Below, one piece after another: positions 62,980 to 64,000 of a stretch of DNA of 64,000 nt. The DNA is taken from the NCBI RefSeq assembly GCF_006345805.1, contig NC_042999.1, positions 149,420,001 through 149,484,000 on the forward strand, in the 5' to 3' direction. The DNA comes from Octopus sinensis. Lineage: Eukaryota. Below the pieces are notes generated by a model. That model had not been told where the DNA came from and searched no databases. It saw only the letters and a program-made list of their open reading frames with translations. The position numbers were made by a program, and so were the translations under genes. The stretch's first letter is position 1. The number at the start of each line of letters is the position of its first letter.

Positions 62980-64000
62980 TAAGTATTGACATGTGTAGTT
63001 GTTGTTTAGTTCTAGGTCAAGACTAATCAAGTAATTCTATGATATAAAAGCATGCTAGTCATGACCATCCTGTCTTACTTTTGTTTTCAGGCTCACCCAT
63101 TATCCATTTTTTTTATTTCTAAGTCAATAAAATGTGATGTGACGGAAATCTGACAGTTATATCCGGCAGGTGGAGCAATGATACAGAGACCCTTGTTAAT
63201 TTATTATGTATGTGTTTGTTGATAGGTGTTCACAAGCATATATAGAAAATTAACCTTTCTCTCTCTCTTTTTGGTACAACTGTCCATTTCCATAGTTTCT
63301 TATTTCTTCTACAAAGCCAAATACTATAGAAACAGAGAACGAGCCAAGAATTTGTATCCTGTGGCTGGTTTCAGGTGTTGGGAGAGAAAACGCTTTAATT
63401 CTTATATTGTCCAGTTCACTTAACTGTAGGGAGGTATGGTAGCTTCAGTAGGGAGTAACACATCAGTATCATGTTAACTTCAGACCAGTAATTTCATCTA
63501 AATATTTGTGACAGAAGACACTATTATAAAACCAGGCAGTGACACTAAACTGGGCAATGGATGAAGCCTACAATCTTATATATCTTAGAGAAATACAAGC
63601 TCAGCAAGCTGACTTGTTTAAGATATACTATATGAAGATAATACCACCTTCAGTGAGTTACAAGACAAACTAATCATGCAAAGACCAATTCTCTAACACT
63701 TGAGGTAGTATGGTACCAGAATTGTTTGAATGTTTATTTTATAGTTATAAGGTACAGGCATGGCTGTGTGGTAAGAAATTTGCTTCTCAACCACATGGGT
63801 TTTCAGTTCGATACCATTGCATGACACCAAGGGTGTCTTCTACTATAACCACAAGCTGACTAAAGCTTTATGATTGAATTTGGTTGACAGAAACTGAAAT
63901 AAATCTCTCATGTGCATGCCTCTTTACACCTCCATTTCATCATCATGCTCAACTTTCATTCCTTCTTCAAGCAACTCCACTTGCTGCTCACTTGCTTCCT

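Overview
AT-rich, repeat-saturated eukaryotic DNA. The repeat families and microsatellite density look like an octopus/coleoid cephalopod genome (inference). No host protein-coding gene, rRNA, true tRNA or CRISPR array can be supported, so the window looks intronic or intergenic. It is a mosaic of several tRNA-headed SINE families (labelled A, C, D, E, F here), many 5'-truncated RTE-LINE 3' ends with (GAT)n tails, and decayed HERO, CR1-group, RTE and Penelope-like ORF fragments. It also holds Tc1, mariner, hAT, Tc2/pogo and piggyBac-type elements, plus micro- and minisatellites. Most ORFs in the track are microsatellite or TE artefacts. The most interesting signals are: (i) hammerhead-ribozyme-like motifs, several with non-canonical cores, in (TA)n-associated Penelope-type terminal repeats, including a ~355-bp palindrome inserted with an 18-bp duplication; (ii) a modular SINE found as monomer, dimer and trimer with one fixed junction at a hairpin loop; (iii) two local duplications that each copy one hAT end plus flanking DNA. 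All calls were made by eye and boundaries are approximate unless TSD/TIR-defined.
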